Positions 27,559 to 37,073 of a stretch of 64,000 nt of DNA are shown here, piece after piece. The DNA is taken from the NCBI GenBank assembly GCA_928721915.1, contig CAKMVZ010000003.1, positions 116,334 to 180,333 of the forward strand, in the 5' to 3' direction. The notes below the pieces were generated by a model that did not search any database, was not told the DNA's origin, and saw only the letters and a program-made list of their open reading frames with translations. The translations under genes and the position numbers were made by a program. The DNA comes from an uncultured Clostridia bacterium (GTDB lineage: Bacteria > Bacillota > Clostridia > TANB77 > CAG-508). Numbering within the stretch: position 1 is the first letter of the stretch; each line of letters opens with the position of its first letter.

Positions 27559-28515
27559 TTATCTTGACATTTCTTTATTCTTTTGCCTTTTTACATAGTC
27601 TTCAACACACTTAATAACAAAATCTTCAATGTCCCCACGCCTTTTAATACTTTCAGGAATATATTTATTTAATCTATCTGTCGATATTTTGGTATATTCT
27701 TTTTGATTAGGTTTTTCTTTTGCCATTAATTCTTCTACTTTTTCAAGAGTTAAAGTTCCTTCCTGTGCCATTTTCTTTAATTTTACTGCTTGTGCTACAC
27801 TTGGGGATATATCATCATACTCAATATCATTTAATATAACTATTTGAAAATCTTCAGGTAAGTATGAAATATCAACTGCTGGTCTAAATGCAATTCTTTT
27901 TTCATCAACTAGATTTAAAAGTTCAGGTATTAAATAAGTAAGACGAATATATCTTCTAATTTGTTCCCTACTTTCGTTGCTCTCATTTGCTAATTGTTGT
28001 CTTGATGTTTGCTCACAATTTGACTTCTGCTCCATTGGTGCAGAAGTTGTATCTTCTTCTAAATCTGTTCTTTTTCCCTGATGTTTTAATGCCTCTAGTT
28101 TCATTTTGTAAGCAAATGCTTTCTCACTAGGTAAAACTTCTTCTCTTTGAATATTACTATCAACCATAAGTATTGTAGCTTCATCATCTGATAAATCTTT
28201 TACAATACATTTAACACTATCAATGTTTAGTTTTTGTGCAGCTCTTTTTCTTCTATGACCTGATATAAGCTCATAAGTTCCATCACTTCTTGGTCTTACA
28301 AGTAATGGATATAACACTCCTCTATCTTTAACACTCTCAACTAAATCATTCATCTTTTCATCATCTTTTACTTTAAAGGGATGATTTGGAAAGTCTTTGA
28401 TTAACTTAATGGGGATATCAACTAATGTATCATCTTTATCAATTTTAATCTCTCCATTTGGCATTAAGTAATCATCTAGAGTAGGCAATTTCATTTTTGG
28501 CTTTTGTTCTGTCAT
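27559..28515 (-). CDS. parB: ParB/Spo0J-family partition protein
   Basis: ParB N-domain motif [11 protein letters not shown]. Start moved to the Met at 28515, preceded by GGAGGTG. Confidence 0.8.
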   Translation of the reverse strand: MTEQKPKMKLPTLDDYLMPNGEIKIDKDDTLVDIPIKLIKDFPNHPFKVKDDEKMNDLVESVKDRGVLYPLLVRPRSDGTYELISGHRRKRAAQKLNIDSVKCIVKDLSDDEATILMVDSNIQREEVLPSEKAFAYKMKLEALKHQGKRTDLEEDTTSAPMEQKSNCEQTSRQQLANESNESREQIRRYIRLTYLIPELLNLVDEKRIAFRPAVDISYLPEDFQIVILNDIEYDDISPSVAQAVKLKKMAQEGTLTLEKVEELMAKEKPNQKEYTKISTDRLNKYIPESIKRRGDIEDFVIKCVEDYVKRQKNKEMSR

Positions 28516-29296
28516 TGAATAACACCTCCTTTGCAAAGTTTTCATAAGCTTTTGCAACAGGACTATTCTTATCATACTCAAATATACTCTTTCCTGTCGA
28601 AGAAGATTTTGCAGTATTTATAGCTTTTGGTATTTCGGTTTTATAAGTATCAACATAACTACCATAACTTGCTTTTAATACTTCTTTTACATCTTTTGAT
28701 AAAGTAGTTCTTTTATCTACTAAAGTAAATAAAACTCCATCAACTTGTAGTTTAGGATTAATTTGTTTTTGAACTCTTTTTATAGTTTTTAGTAGTTGTC
28801 CCATTCCTTTTGCAGCTAAATATTCTGCTTGAACAGGAACGATTACTTTATTACTACAAGCTAAAGCATTTATTGTAATCATACCTAAAGATGGCATACA
28901 ATCAATTAAAACATAGTCATATTTGTTTTTTATATCTGCTATACAATTTTTCATTGTAAACTCTCTACTCATAGCATTTACAAGCGAAAATTCAATTGCT
29001 GATAAATCCAAATTAGCAGGAATTAAATCTACTCCTTCAGAATGATGTAGAATACTTTCCTCAACTTTTAATTCATTATCATACATTGTATCTGCCATTA
29101 ATGTACCAATGGTATGTTGTAAATTATCTTGGTCATAATAACCTAAACAAGTTGTTAAATCTCCTTGTGGATCTGCATCAATTAGTAAAACTTTCTTTCC
29201 TTCTTTTGCAAGTGCTACACCTAAATTAAGTGCTGTTGTTGTTTTACCAACACCACCTTTTTGATTAACTATTGAAATTACTTCACACTGCGACAC
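28472..29296 (-). CDS. parA: ParA/Soj-family partition ATPase
   Basis: Deviant Walker [15 protein letters not shown] start at 29296 preceded by AAGGAGGAGGTG is likelier than the upstream track start. Confidence 0.85.
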   Translation of the reverse strand: MSQCEVISIVNQKGGVGKTTTALNLGVALAKEGKKVLLIDADPQGDLTTCLGYYDQDNLQHTIGTLMADTMYDNELKVEESILHHSEGVDLIPANLDLSAIEFSLVNAMSREFTMKNCIADIKNKYDYVLIDCMPSLGMITINALACSNKVIVPVQAEYLAAKGMGQLLKTIKRVQKQINPKLQVDGVLFTLVDKRTTLSKDVKEVLKASYGSYVDTYKTEIPKAINTAKSSSTGKSIFEYDKNSPVAKAYENFAKEVLFNDRTKAKNEIAYSR

Positions 29297-29768
29297 AATT
29301 CTGCACCTCCTCCTTAAACAACTTGTCTTTAATTGCATATTTGTAAACTATACAATTAAAATAGTTTGCTATATCTTTTAATTCATCTTCGGTAACATTC
29401 ATCTTTTTTGATATTTCTTCAAAAGGTAAATCATTAAAATACTTTAATTGCAAAAACACAAAATATTTAGATGATTCAAATTTCTCAAGTATAGAAAAAA
29501 GATTTCTTAAAAAATCTTGCCAATGTCTATATCTTCTTATTTTCCAATCATCATCAAATCCTGCAATAACATCTTCAAAAGTATTTGAATCTTGATTTAT
29601 ACCTCTAAGCCAAGCTGCTGTACTTAAATTCATATTATCAATCAACTCTTCTTTTCTTTTATCAATCAACTCATCTATTTTGTAATAGTTATAAAGCATA
29701 TATTTAATTTCTTTTATTGCTCTATTTCGAAGAGATAAAAGTTCATAATTAGTTGTAATCATTTGCAC
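29283..29768 (-). CDS. sigma-70 region-4/ArpU-like transcriptional regulator
   Basis: 161 aa. C-terminal [20 protein letters not shown] looks like a region-4 HTH. First gene of the par operon. Confidence 0.4.
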   Translation of the reverse strand: MQMITTNYELLSLRNRAIKEIKYMLYNYYKIDELIDKRKEELIDNMNLSTAAWLRGINQDSNTFEDVIAGFDDDWKIRRYRHWQDFLRNLFSILEKFESSKYFVFLQLKYFNDLPFEEISKKMNVTEDELKDIANYFNCIVYKYAIKDKLFKEEVQNCVAV

Positions 29769-29780
29769 TCCTTTCCGAGA

Positions 29781-29818
29781 AACAAAAAAAGAGCCAATTG
29801 TTTTTTAACAACTGACTC
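29781..29818 (-). terminator. Rho-independent terminator
   Basis: Minus strand GAGTCAGTTGTT-aaaa-AACAATTGGCTC (12 bp including 2 G-U pairs), then a T7 run. Confidence 0.7.
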
Positions 29819-30117
29819 TATCTTGCATCTCTATTCTTTTTGTTCCTTTTTTTCATTTCTAATCTGACTTTTGAATATATTTCTAATGCTTTATCTCCAT
29901 CAAATTCTTTATCTATTGTTACTTTACCTTTTTCTATAAATTCTTTTGTTAGTATAAATCTTCCAGTATCTAAAAAATTATATCTATTATTTGAATCTTT
30001 TCCCATATACATTACTGTTACTGGAATAACATCATCTCCCATTAATGGAATATTCACAGTCATATATTGACCTTTTTCTAATGACTCCAAATACTCTATT
30101 GCTTCATGTTCTTTCAT
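29818..30117 (-). CDS. hypothetical protein
   Basis: 99-aa ORF. No motif recognised. Confidence 0.45.
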   Translation of the reverse strand: MKEHEAIEYLESLEKGQYMTVNIPLMGDDVIPVTVMYMGKDSNNRYNFLDTGRFILTKEFIEKGKVTIDKEFDGDKALEIYSKVRLEMKKRNKKNRDAR

Positions 30118-30120
30118 GTT

Positions 30121-30666
30121 TTAGTCCTCAATTCTTGATTCATAGTAATCTTTAAATTCATCATTTAATAAATCTAAAAACTTTCCTTTTGACTCATCAT
30201 AGGAAATAATATTAATCCATTCTTCAAGATAGTTAGTAATGTCATCTAAATCTGCAATTTCATCTTCATCTTGTCTGACAACTCTTATAATTTTGTGAAG
30301 ATATGGGAGATCATCTTCAAATAATCTATCAAAATCATTATTTATTATAATTTCATCTATAAAATCTTTAAAAATTATAGCAAACATATCTCTATGATTT
30401 TCTATCATTTTATCTAATTCATTACAATTTGATTCAAACATAAATAATGAATATCTGTTATCTTCAAATAATTCAGAATAATATTCTTTTAAATAAGAAA
30501 CATCTCCTAGTGCATCATTTGATTTTGCAATCTCAATTAAAATAAATTCTAAAATTTTAATTGTATCTTCTATTTCGTAACCTTTTCTTAATTTAAAGTT
30601 ATTATCCTTTACTATTGATTTTAATCTATTTTCAATATCTTTTAAATTCAATTTATTTACCTCCAT
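30121..30666 (-). CDS. hypothetical acidic protein
   Basis: 181-aa ORF, D/E-rich. No motif recognised. Confidence 0.45.
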   Translation of the reverse strand: MEVNKLNLKDIENRLKSIVKDNNFKLRKGYEIEDTIKILEFILIEIAKSNDALGDVSYLKEYYSELFEDNRYSLFMFESNCNELDKMIENHRDMFAIIFKDFIDEIIINNDFDRLFEDDLPYLHKIIRVVRQDEDEIADLDDITNYLEEWINIISYDESKGKFLDLLNDEFKDYYESRIED

Positions 30667-30680
30667 TTCATATCGAAGGC

Positions 30681-30708
30681 ATAAAAAAATAGCATAAACA
30701 TGCTATTT
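30681..30708 (-). terminator. Rho-independent terminator after the micro-ORF
   Basis: Minus strand AAATAGCAT-gttt-ATGCTATTT followed by TTTT. Confidence 0.6.
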
Positions 30709-30717
30709 AGATTTAAT

Positions 30718-30864
30718 CTATTTATTTAGAACATTAATATATTTCATTAAGACTTCATCTACAATTTCAAAATCTTTATTTTCTGCTACAAGATTATTTC
30801 TTAATTCATTTAATGAATATATAATAAGTTTTAATTCATAATTATCTAATTTTATTTTTTTCAT
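30718..30864 (-). CDS. 48-aa micro-ORF, paralog of 3223-3417
   Basis: Below the ORF-track size cutoff. Hand translation: MKKIKLDNYELKLIIYSLNELRNNLVAENKDFEIVDEVLMKYINVLNK. GGAGAG RBS. About 20 of 39 core residues are identical to the 64-aa ORF at 3223-3417. Confidence 0.5.
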   Translation of the reverse strand: MKKIKLDNYELKLIIYSLNELRNNLVAENKDFEIVDEVLMKYINVLNK

Positions 30865-30876
30865 AATCAATCACTC

Positions 30877-30942
30877 TCCATATTCATTTTCTAAAATGAT
30901 TATAAAATACTTTTTTAAAAAATACTAATCTATGAATATGGA
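30877..30942. promoter_or_regulatory. 11-bp perfect inverted repeat upstream of the micro-ORF (operator candidate)
   Basis: TCCATATTCAT (30877-30887) and ATGAATATGGA (30932-30942), separated by a 44-nt spacer. Confidence 0.4.
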
Positions 30943-31419
30943 TTATTATTATAAATGTACCATCTTTTGACCTAAAGGGTGGTACAAAAAATAGCCCAGT
31001 ATCAAAGTTTTGTGCAAAAGGAGATAGGAGCATAATATAAAACAGCCATAAACCTCTACTTTTACTATTTCAAGGCTTTTGACTGCTTTATAGCCTATTA
31101 ATATTCTATTATATATATTTATTTCTATATATTATTTATATTATATTCATTATTGTTATAATCTTTTATATTACTTTCTGTAGCTATATTTATTTGAGTT
31201 TCTAAAATCAATTTTAAAGCATTTTTATATTTTACTTATATAATTTCATTACTATAATTATTTTCTTATTATAATATAATTTTATATCTATAATTTTTTC
31301 ATCTTATATATTTTTTATATCTTGATATATAATTTTGTATAAATTTTTCTAAAAATCTTCAAAGAGCCTATTTCTCTGTATTTGCCTTATTTTAAGGACA
31401 ACAAACTATATGACTTCAA

Positions 31420-31616
31420 AATAAAAATGGCTTAAAATCGATTCTCGTGCGTCGTTTTTTACCACTTTTTAGGCATTTTTCATATATCTATATATAATAG
31501 TAATTTCTGCAGAAAAAACTACTTTTTAATAATAATTTTCTAAAATTAATATTTAGGCTTAAATTTTAAACAAGTAATTTGTTGACCAAAGAATAAAAAC
31601 GGCTTAAAATCGATTT
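31420..31616. repeat. 24-nt direct repeat pair AATAAAAA(T/C)GGCTTAAAATCGATT
   Basis: Copies at 31420-31443 and 31593-31616 are 23/24 identical. A partial third copy, GGCTTAAATTTTA, lies at 31556-31568. The second copy contains the 14-bp palindrome TAAAATCGATTTTA. Confidence 0.6.
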
Positions 31617-31967
31617 TAGAAGGTAATTATTATATAAATTCTATAAAAAATTACTAAATAACAAATGTTCGTTTTTTGATATTACAATGTTTGCATTACA
31701 AAATTATAATTTTAAAATTCTAAATATTTATAAATTATAATTTAAAATTTTTTATAAATTTCTATAAATTATTTTCAAATCTTATTTTAAAATTTATTTT
31801 TTATATTAAAAAATTTTTTATTTATAAAAATTATTATTAATCTAACAGAAGATTGCACAAAATTTTATTTAATATATTTTCATAATTTTTATATATTAAA
31901 AAATGTGCTATCCCCTACTCTACTATTTTTTTACTCAAAAATTAAAAGTCTATAATTTTTTATTAAT

Positions 31968-32390
31968 TTATTCTTCATAATTTTCTACTTCTTCTTGTGT
32001 CTGTATTACTGTTGTTTTTGAATCACTATCTGTTTTAGTTTTATTAAATGCTACAAATCCTATTATCATAAGAAATACATATAATATTGCTACTATAAGA
32101 ATGAATATTCCTATTCCCTTTAGAATTTTAATTATCATTCCTGCTAATTTTTGTGAATTTGTATTATTAGGATCATTTATAACTTTTCCTTCATTTTCCT
32201 CTTTTATCAACTCATCTAATGTAATATTGTATAATTCACTTATCATAATTAGTTTGTCCATTTCTGGTGTTGTTTCTCCTAACTCCCATTTAGAAATAGT
32301 CTGCCTTGCTACTTTTAATTTTTCTGCAACTTGTTCTTGTGATAAATTGTGCTTTCTTCTTAAATTTACTAATTTTTCATTAAACTTCAT
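31968..32390 (-). CDS. XRE-family HTH regulator with C-terminal TM helix
   Basis: LVNLRRKHNLSQEQVAEKLKVARQTISKWELG plus a hydrophobic segment. Start at the Met at 32390, after GGAGG. Confidence 0.7.
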   Translation of the reverse strand: MKFNEKLVNLRRKHNLSQEQVAEKLKVARQTISKWELGETTPEMDKLIMISELYNITLDELIKEENEGKVINDPNNTNSQKLAGMIIKILKGIGIFILIVAILYVFLMIIGFVAFNKTKTDSDSKTTVIQTQEEVENYEE

Positions 32391-32568
32391 ATTACTTTCC
32401 TCCATTATTAAAATTTTGATTGAAATTTTTACTTTTGCTAATTAAATTTTAATAAATTTTCGCACTTTTTTCTACCATTTATAGCTGGAAGTTACGCACT
32501 TAAATATAACATCTATTAAATTTATATATTTTATAACTAAATTTTGACAGCCAAATTTTCATTCTTGT

Positions 32569-33408
32569 TTACAATATTTTCCCAATCTGATTTAAACTCT
32601 CAATTAAATCTTCATATTTAATTTCTTTAGCATAAAAATTATTTTTTTGGTATCTTTTCCATTGCTTTTTCATAATATCACTATTATTAAGTTGTTCAAT
32701 AATTTTTGACCAATCTTTAATAATATTTATTGTATTTCTGTGTTCAGCAGTAGAATAAATAGCATCTTTCAATGTATTAAAATCAATATTTTTAGCTTGA
32801 GTATTTAATAACATATATATATCATAAAAATCCCTAATTCTTGTTCCTAAAACACCTCGTTTTAAAATTGATTCAAATTTTTCAGCAATAACTGTTTCGA
32901 GATTATATGACCAAATTTGAATTTTTCTATCTTCAAGCATTAAATTAAAACTATATCTAATTTCCTTATATGTAATTTTATCTCCTGTAGTAATATCAAT
33001 TTTCATAATAACAGGCATTGATTCGTTATAACTAGCTTTAAAAGTTATTCTATATCCACCATAATCATCATCTTCTCTAATTAGTTCTATTTTTTGCACT
33101 TCAAATGTAACTTCATCATCAATTTTTATATTGCAAATTTCGCTAATTATATTTGAAATATTTTCTTCTGTTAATTTAAATCCTTTAATTGTTGTGTCCA
33201 TATCCATAGTTGTTCTACTATCAATTCCGAGCATAGCAGAAATTAACATTCCACCTTTTAGAATAAAGTTGTCTTTATATTTTGAAATAGAAATTCTTTC
33301 AAGAAATCTTTCAAGCATATATGTTTGTAATACAGATTGTGCTGAAATTTTATTTTCTTTTGCAATATTATTGATTATTGCTTTTAAACTCATAGCATTT
33401 CTTTTCAT
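32569..33408 (-). CDS. AbiEii/AbiGii-family nucleotidyltransferase toxin (type IV TA)
   Basis: 279 aa. The N-terminal region SLKAIINNIAKENKISAQSVLQTYMLERFLERIS...FILKGG is characteristic of AbiEii (DUF1814). Confidence 0.75.
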   Translation of the reverse strand: MKRNAMSLKAIINNIAKENKISAQSVLQTYMLERFLERISISKYKDNFILKGGMLISAMLGIDSRTTMDMDTTIKGFKLTEENISNIISEICNIKIDDEVTFEVQKIELIREDDDYGGYRITFKASYNESMPVIMKIDITTGDKITYKEIRYSFNLMLEDRKIQIWSYNLETVIAEKFESILKRGVLGTRIRDFYDIYMLLNTQAKNIDFNTLKDAIYSTAEHRNTINIIKDWSKIIEQLNNSDIMKKQWKRYQKNNFYAKEIKYEDLIESLNQIGKIL

Positions 33409-33980
33409 CCAAGCACCTCCATATATTGAAATAATATTTTTTTTATTTTAAATTTTTCTGCATATTCTGATAATAAAATAAGGTTTTTATCTTTTCTTTT
33501 CATATATTCATTTATTGCTGTATTAAAAATTTGTAAATCTATTTTATTCCTATCTCTAATAATATCACAAATTGTTCTTTCAACATTATAAATTCTTATT
33601 ACAAATCCATCATCCAATTTTAATTCTGTTAAACCAATGTCATGAAATTCTTTTTTTATATAGTGAACATTTAATAAATCATTTTTTACTCTGTTATTAT
33701 TAGGAAAAGTCATATCCATCTGTAATGGAGTACGATCAGTCATTCCATAAAAATATAGAGCTGTATTATGTGAATATATGCCATTTTTATATTTTTCTCC
33801 CATTAACCAAAATTCATTTATATTTTTATCTGGCTTTGCATATATTCCATGTGCTATTCTTTTTAGTAAATTTTTTTCAACTAATGAATTTAATATATGT
33901 CTGTTCATTTTATAATCTTCTAATTTATAAGAATATATAATCCCATTATTTTTATCTATAATCTTTTCATAATTATCCAT
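33405..33980 (-). CDS. AbiEi-family antitoxin/transcriptional regulator
   Basis: Overlaps the toxin start by 4 nt. N-terminal wHTH-like region and the expected length. Start at the Met at 33980, after GGAGGTG. Confidence 0.65.
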   Translation of the reverse strand: MDNYEKIIDKNNGIIYSYKLEDYKMNRHILNSLVEKNLLKRIAHGIYAKPDKNINEFWLMGEKYKNGIYSHNTALYFYGMTDRTPLQMDMTFPNNNRVKNDLLNVHYIKKEFHDIGLTELKLDDGFVIRIYNVERTICDIIRDRNKIDLQIFNTAINEYMKRKDKNLILLSEYAEKFKIKKILFQYMEVLG

Positions 33981-34179
33981 ACTACACCTCCGACATTTCA
34001 TATACATATTATAATTCAAATGTATATGAAATGTCAAGAAACAGCGATTTCCATCATAAAAAGGATGAATGCTTTCAAAATAAAAATATAATAGTCAAAA
34101 TTTTCAAAATCAATTTTTTGTTTTTAGAAAATTGATATATTATATTGCAAACTAAAAATTTTATTTATATACAATAACA

Positions 34180-34599
34180 CTATTTATTTGCTCTAAATTG
34201 GATTATTTTCTTTATATCTTCATATTTCTTGTCATTATCCTCTAAATCTATCATTAACCATCTTTGGTTATTTCCTTCAGGTGTTTCTTTATAAATTTTC
34301 TTTATATCATTACTAAAAGATGAAAACATATTTTCAAAAAGTTTCTTTTCATTTTTTCCAATAACAATTAATATAGTAAAATAGTTTTCTCTTGGATATA
34401 TAGTACATAATGATTTGCTACCTTTTTTTAATTTTATATTCCAACCATATTCCCAAGTACATTTACTAAATTCAAATTTAAGTACTACATTATACGTATT
34501 TTTCATATATTCACAAAAATCTACCCATAAATCGTTATTTATATATTCTTTTATTTCATACTCAGTAGGAACATGATTAAAATTTTCTTTCTCAAACAT
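34180..34599 (-). CDS. DUF3788-like protein
   Basis: 139 aa; ...LWVDFCEYMKNTYNV...WEYGWNIKLKKGSKSLCTIYPRENYF resembles DUF3788. Confidence 0.45.
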   Translation of the reverse strand: MFEKENFNHVPTEYEIKEYINNDLWVDFCEYMKNTYNVVLKFEFSKCTWEYGWNIKLKKGSKSLCTIYPRENYFTILIVIGKNEKKLFENMFSSFSNDIKKIYKETPEGNNQRWLMIDLEDNDKKYEDIKKIIQFRANK

Positions 34600-34633
34600 T
34601 ATTATATCTCCTTTTCAAATACTCTCCTATAAT

Positions 34634-36211
34634 TTAAACTCTTAACTTAAATGTTTTTGGTGCATATTTATATGCCAAAAATAATGAAATCAAACTATAT
34701 GCTATACAAAATACTATTGTTGCAATTCCAAAGCCAAATATAGGCATCTTTATTTGTATCATATACCAACTAATAATATAAGTTAAAGCTTGCACAACTT
34801 TATATGTACTACTTTTCATTTCTGTACTAACATTATAAGGTTGTAATAAATAATACATTACCAAATAATGAACTGAGAAGAATATACTCATTGCTATAAT
34901 TGATATGAATAATATAGCATAATTAAAAGGATTATCTGTTCCTCCAGATAAATATAATAATAATGCTAGGCCTCCACCTATAAGAAATGCTGGTAATAAA
35001 TTTATTGTTATTAATGTTTTTAATCTTTCTTTAAATATTCCCAAAATAACTTTTGGTGTTCTATATATTCTATATGTTAGCATACTATGATCGCAATTCA
35101 TAAACATTGCCCCAGTAACAGATGAACTTCTATTTATTAGGTACATAATAAAAACAAAGTATGGTAAATATACAAGTAATATTTCATTTGTTTGTTTTTT
35201 AAAATCGCTATTTATTCTAATTCCAATAATCATTGCTACAATTAGTATCAATATAACTACAGATTGTTTTTTTACTGCTTCCGTTAATATTTTTTTATGT
35301 CTTTTTACAAATAAGTCATGAAAATATGCAAATCCTGTTTTATTACTTGTATATTTTGTATCTAATTCTATTTGCTTTAAGCTATTATCTTTAATTTGCT
35401 GAGTTCCATTTACATTTTCTTGCATATATACATTTGATTCTGTTAAAATTTGTTTATACATTTTTCTATAATCTTCAAAGTTATGTATTTTTATTAAACT
35501 ATATATCCCAAATAATATTGCAATTATAGAAATACCTAAGAAAATTGTACTATTTATTGTTATTCCTAAAAAAGGTAATCCATAGGCAAGTAATAAGCAT
35601 ATTCCTACAAAACTCCACACAATTTTTGTTGGTAAATTCTCACTTGTCGCTTTATTTGTCTTTTTAAATTTATATATCATATAATTCATTACAATTAGTT
35701 TTACTGCTACTACAAAAAATGGTAATAAAATTTGTACCCATAAAGGAACACCTGCTATCGTTCCAAAAAGTATTGTAAATGGTAAAAATCCAATTACTAA
35801 TTTCACTAATTGATAATAGTAATTAGAAAGTCCATATTCTCTTGCATTTACATTCATTAAAATAATTGCATAATATTTATCCTTTGTTGGATTTAGCATA
35901 TATGTATTTAAAACTCCACCTGCAAAAGTTAAAAATATGAATAAATGTATAAATGTTTCTGCTTGATTTGTTTTATACCAAGATAAAGCCATAAATATCA
36001 TTGCTGCAATATAAATAACTTTTCCTATAAATATGCTTAATATTTCCAATAAAATACTGATAATACCAGCAAATGTCTTTAATCCTTTACTTTTGTATAA
36101 ACTATTTGGTAATATTTTTCTTATTATAGGTAATTGTTTTATAGAATATATAATACTATTCGTTCTATATGTATTTTGAAGTTTAAAGGAAGTTATAAAT
36201 GTCTTTAGCAT
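34634..36211 (-). CDS. polytopic membrane protein, putative ABC exporter permease partner
   Basis: 525 aa with more than 10 predicted TM helices. Its start lies one nt after the ATPase stop. Confidence 0.6.
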   Translation of the reverse strand: MLKTFITSFKLQNTYRTNSIIYSIKQLPIIRKILPNSLYKSKGLKTFAGIISILLEILSIFIGKVIYIAAMIFMALSWYKTNQAETFIHLFIFLTFAGGVLNTYMLNPTKDKYYAIILMNVNAREYGLSNYYYQLVKLVIGFLPFTILFGTIAGVPLWVQILLPFFVVAVKLIVMNYMIYKFKKTNKATSENLPTKIVWSFVGICLLLAYGLPFLGITINSTIFLGISIIAILFGIYSLIKIHNFEDYRKMYKQILTESNVYMQENVNGTQQIKDNSLKQIELDTKYTSNKTGFAYFHDLFVKRHKKILTEAVKKQSVVILILIVAMIIGIRINSDFKKQTNEILLVYLPYFVFIMYLINRSSSVTGAMFMNCDHSMLTYRIYRTPKVILGIFKERLKTLITINLLPAFLIGGGLALLLYLSGGTDNPFNYAILFISIIAMSIFFSVHYLVMYYLLQPYNVSTEMKSSTYKVVQALTYIISWYMIQIKMPIFGFGIATIVFCIAYSLISLFLAYKYAPKTFKLRV

Positions 36212-36212
36212 T

Positions 36213-36914
36213 TTAGTTTTCCTCCTTTAGCGCATTTATTATTTTATTTTTTAAATGTTCATTATCTAAATTATTTTTGTCTATTTCTTCTAATATTCCT
36301 TTATTTAGAATAACGATTTCATCACATAGATCAAGAGCTAGTTCCATTATATGTGTTGAGAAAATTATAATGTGATTTTTCTTTATTTCTCTTAACATTT
36401 GTTTCATTTCTTCTGCAACTACAACATCGAAAGATGTTAAAGGTTCATCTAATAATAAAACATTTGGATTTGCTATTATATTTACAAGCATTTGCATTTT
36501 ATTTTTCATACCATGTGAAAAGTCTTTCAATAATCTATCTCTATCTTCTTTTTCTATTTTCATAAATTCAAAATATTCATCTATTGTTTTTTCATTTTTT
36601 ATTCTTTTTTTGTTTATATCTATAAAGAATTTCAAAAACTCTCTTGCTGTTAAAAATTCTGGAACATTTGGAGTTGATAATACATAACCAATATCCTCAG
36701 CTTCCATTTTTCTTTGTTTTCCGTTATCTTCAATAAAAAATTCTCCTTCATCTATTTCTATGTCTTCATTTAAACAATTGAAAAATGTTGTTTTTCCTGC
36801 TCCATTTCTTCCAAGTAGCCCATAGATTTTCCCTTTTTCAAATTCAAAATTTATATCTTTTAATACTTCTTTTTTTTCAAAGTTCTTTTTTAGATTTTTT
36901 ACTACTAATTTCAT
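36213..36914 (-). CDS. ABC transporter ATP-binding protein
   Basis: Walker A GRNGAGKTT, signature-like FSHGMKNK and Walker B LLLDEP. Confidence 0.85.
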   Translation of the reverse strand: MKLVVKNLKKNFEKKEVLKDINFEFEKGKIYGLLGRNGAGKTTFFNCLNEDIEIDEGEFFIEDNGKQRKMEAEDIGYVLSTPNVPEFLTAREFLKFFIDINKKRIKNEKTIDEYFEFMKIEKEDRDRLLKDFSHGMKNKMQMLVNIIANPNVLLLDEPLTSFDVVVAEEMKQMLREIKKNHIIIFSTHIMELALDLCDEIVILNKGILEEIDKNNLDNEHLKNKIINALKEEN

Positions 36915-37073
36915 AACTATTCCCTTTCAAATTTATTTTTTGTAAATACTTTGGTATATTATCATAAAACGATAAAAATTTCTACTATTCGACTGTATGT
37001 TTTAAAAAAATTAAAGATTATTAATCCAACACAACATTTTCTGTTACGCCAAGTTGGTTGATTTATTTATTTC

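Larger units (their letters stand above)
30865..31967. other. 1.1-kb ORF-free, extremely AT-rich region with short direct repeats (candidate origin or element boundary)
   Basis: No ORF of 60 aa or more on either strand. TTTTATAT recurs near 31164, 31222, 31280 and 31310. AAATTATAATTT(T)AAAATT and TATAAATT recur between 31700 and 31780. Confidence 0.4.

Noticed and set aside
30958-30995. Hairpin TGTACCATC...GGTGGTACA as a terminator.
   Set aside because: An A run follows it on the plus strand and a T run precedes it on the minus strand, so it is not a canonical intrinsic terminator in either direction. Its function is unknown.
30865-31967. Possible CRISPR array in the repeat-rich AT block.
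   Set aside because: The repeats are short, degenerate and irregularly spaced (about 30-173 bp). There is no unit of 24 nt or more repeated three or more times with unique spacers, and no cas genes lie in the window.
33981-34037. N-terminal extensions of several track ORFs (33981-34037, 54169-54243, 28516-28581, 29297-29338, 38756-38794, 41550-41567, 43693-43707, 52149-52163, 58623-58661).
   Set aside because: In each case an internal Met or GTG with a strong GGAGG-type RBS at proper spacing begins the conserved part of the protein. The extension usually contains that RBS and has no homology-like content.
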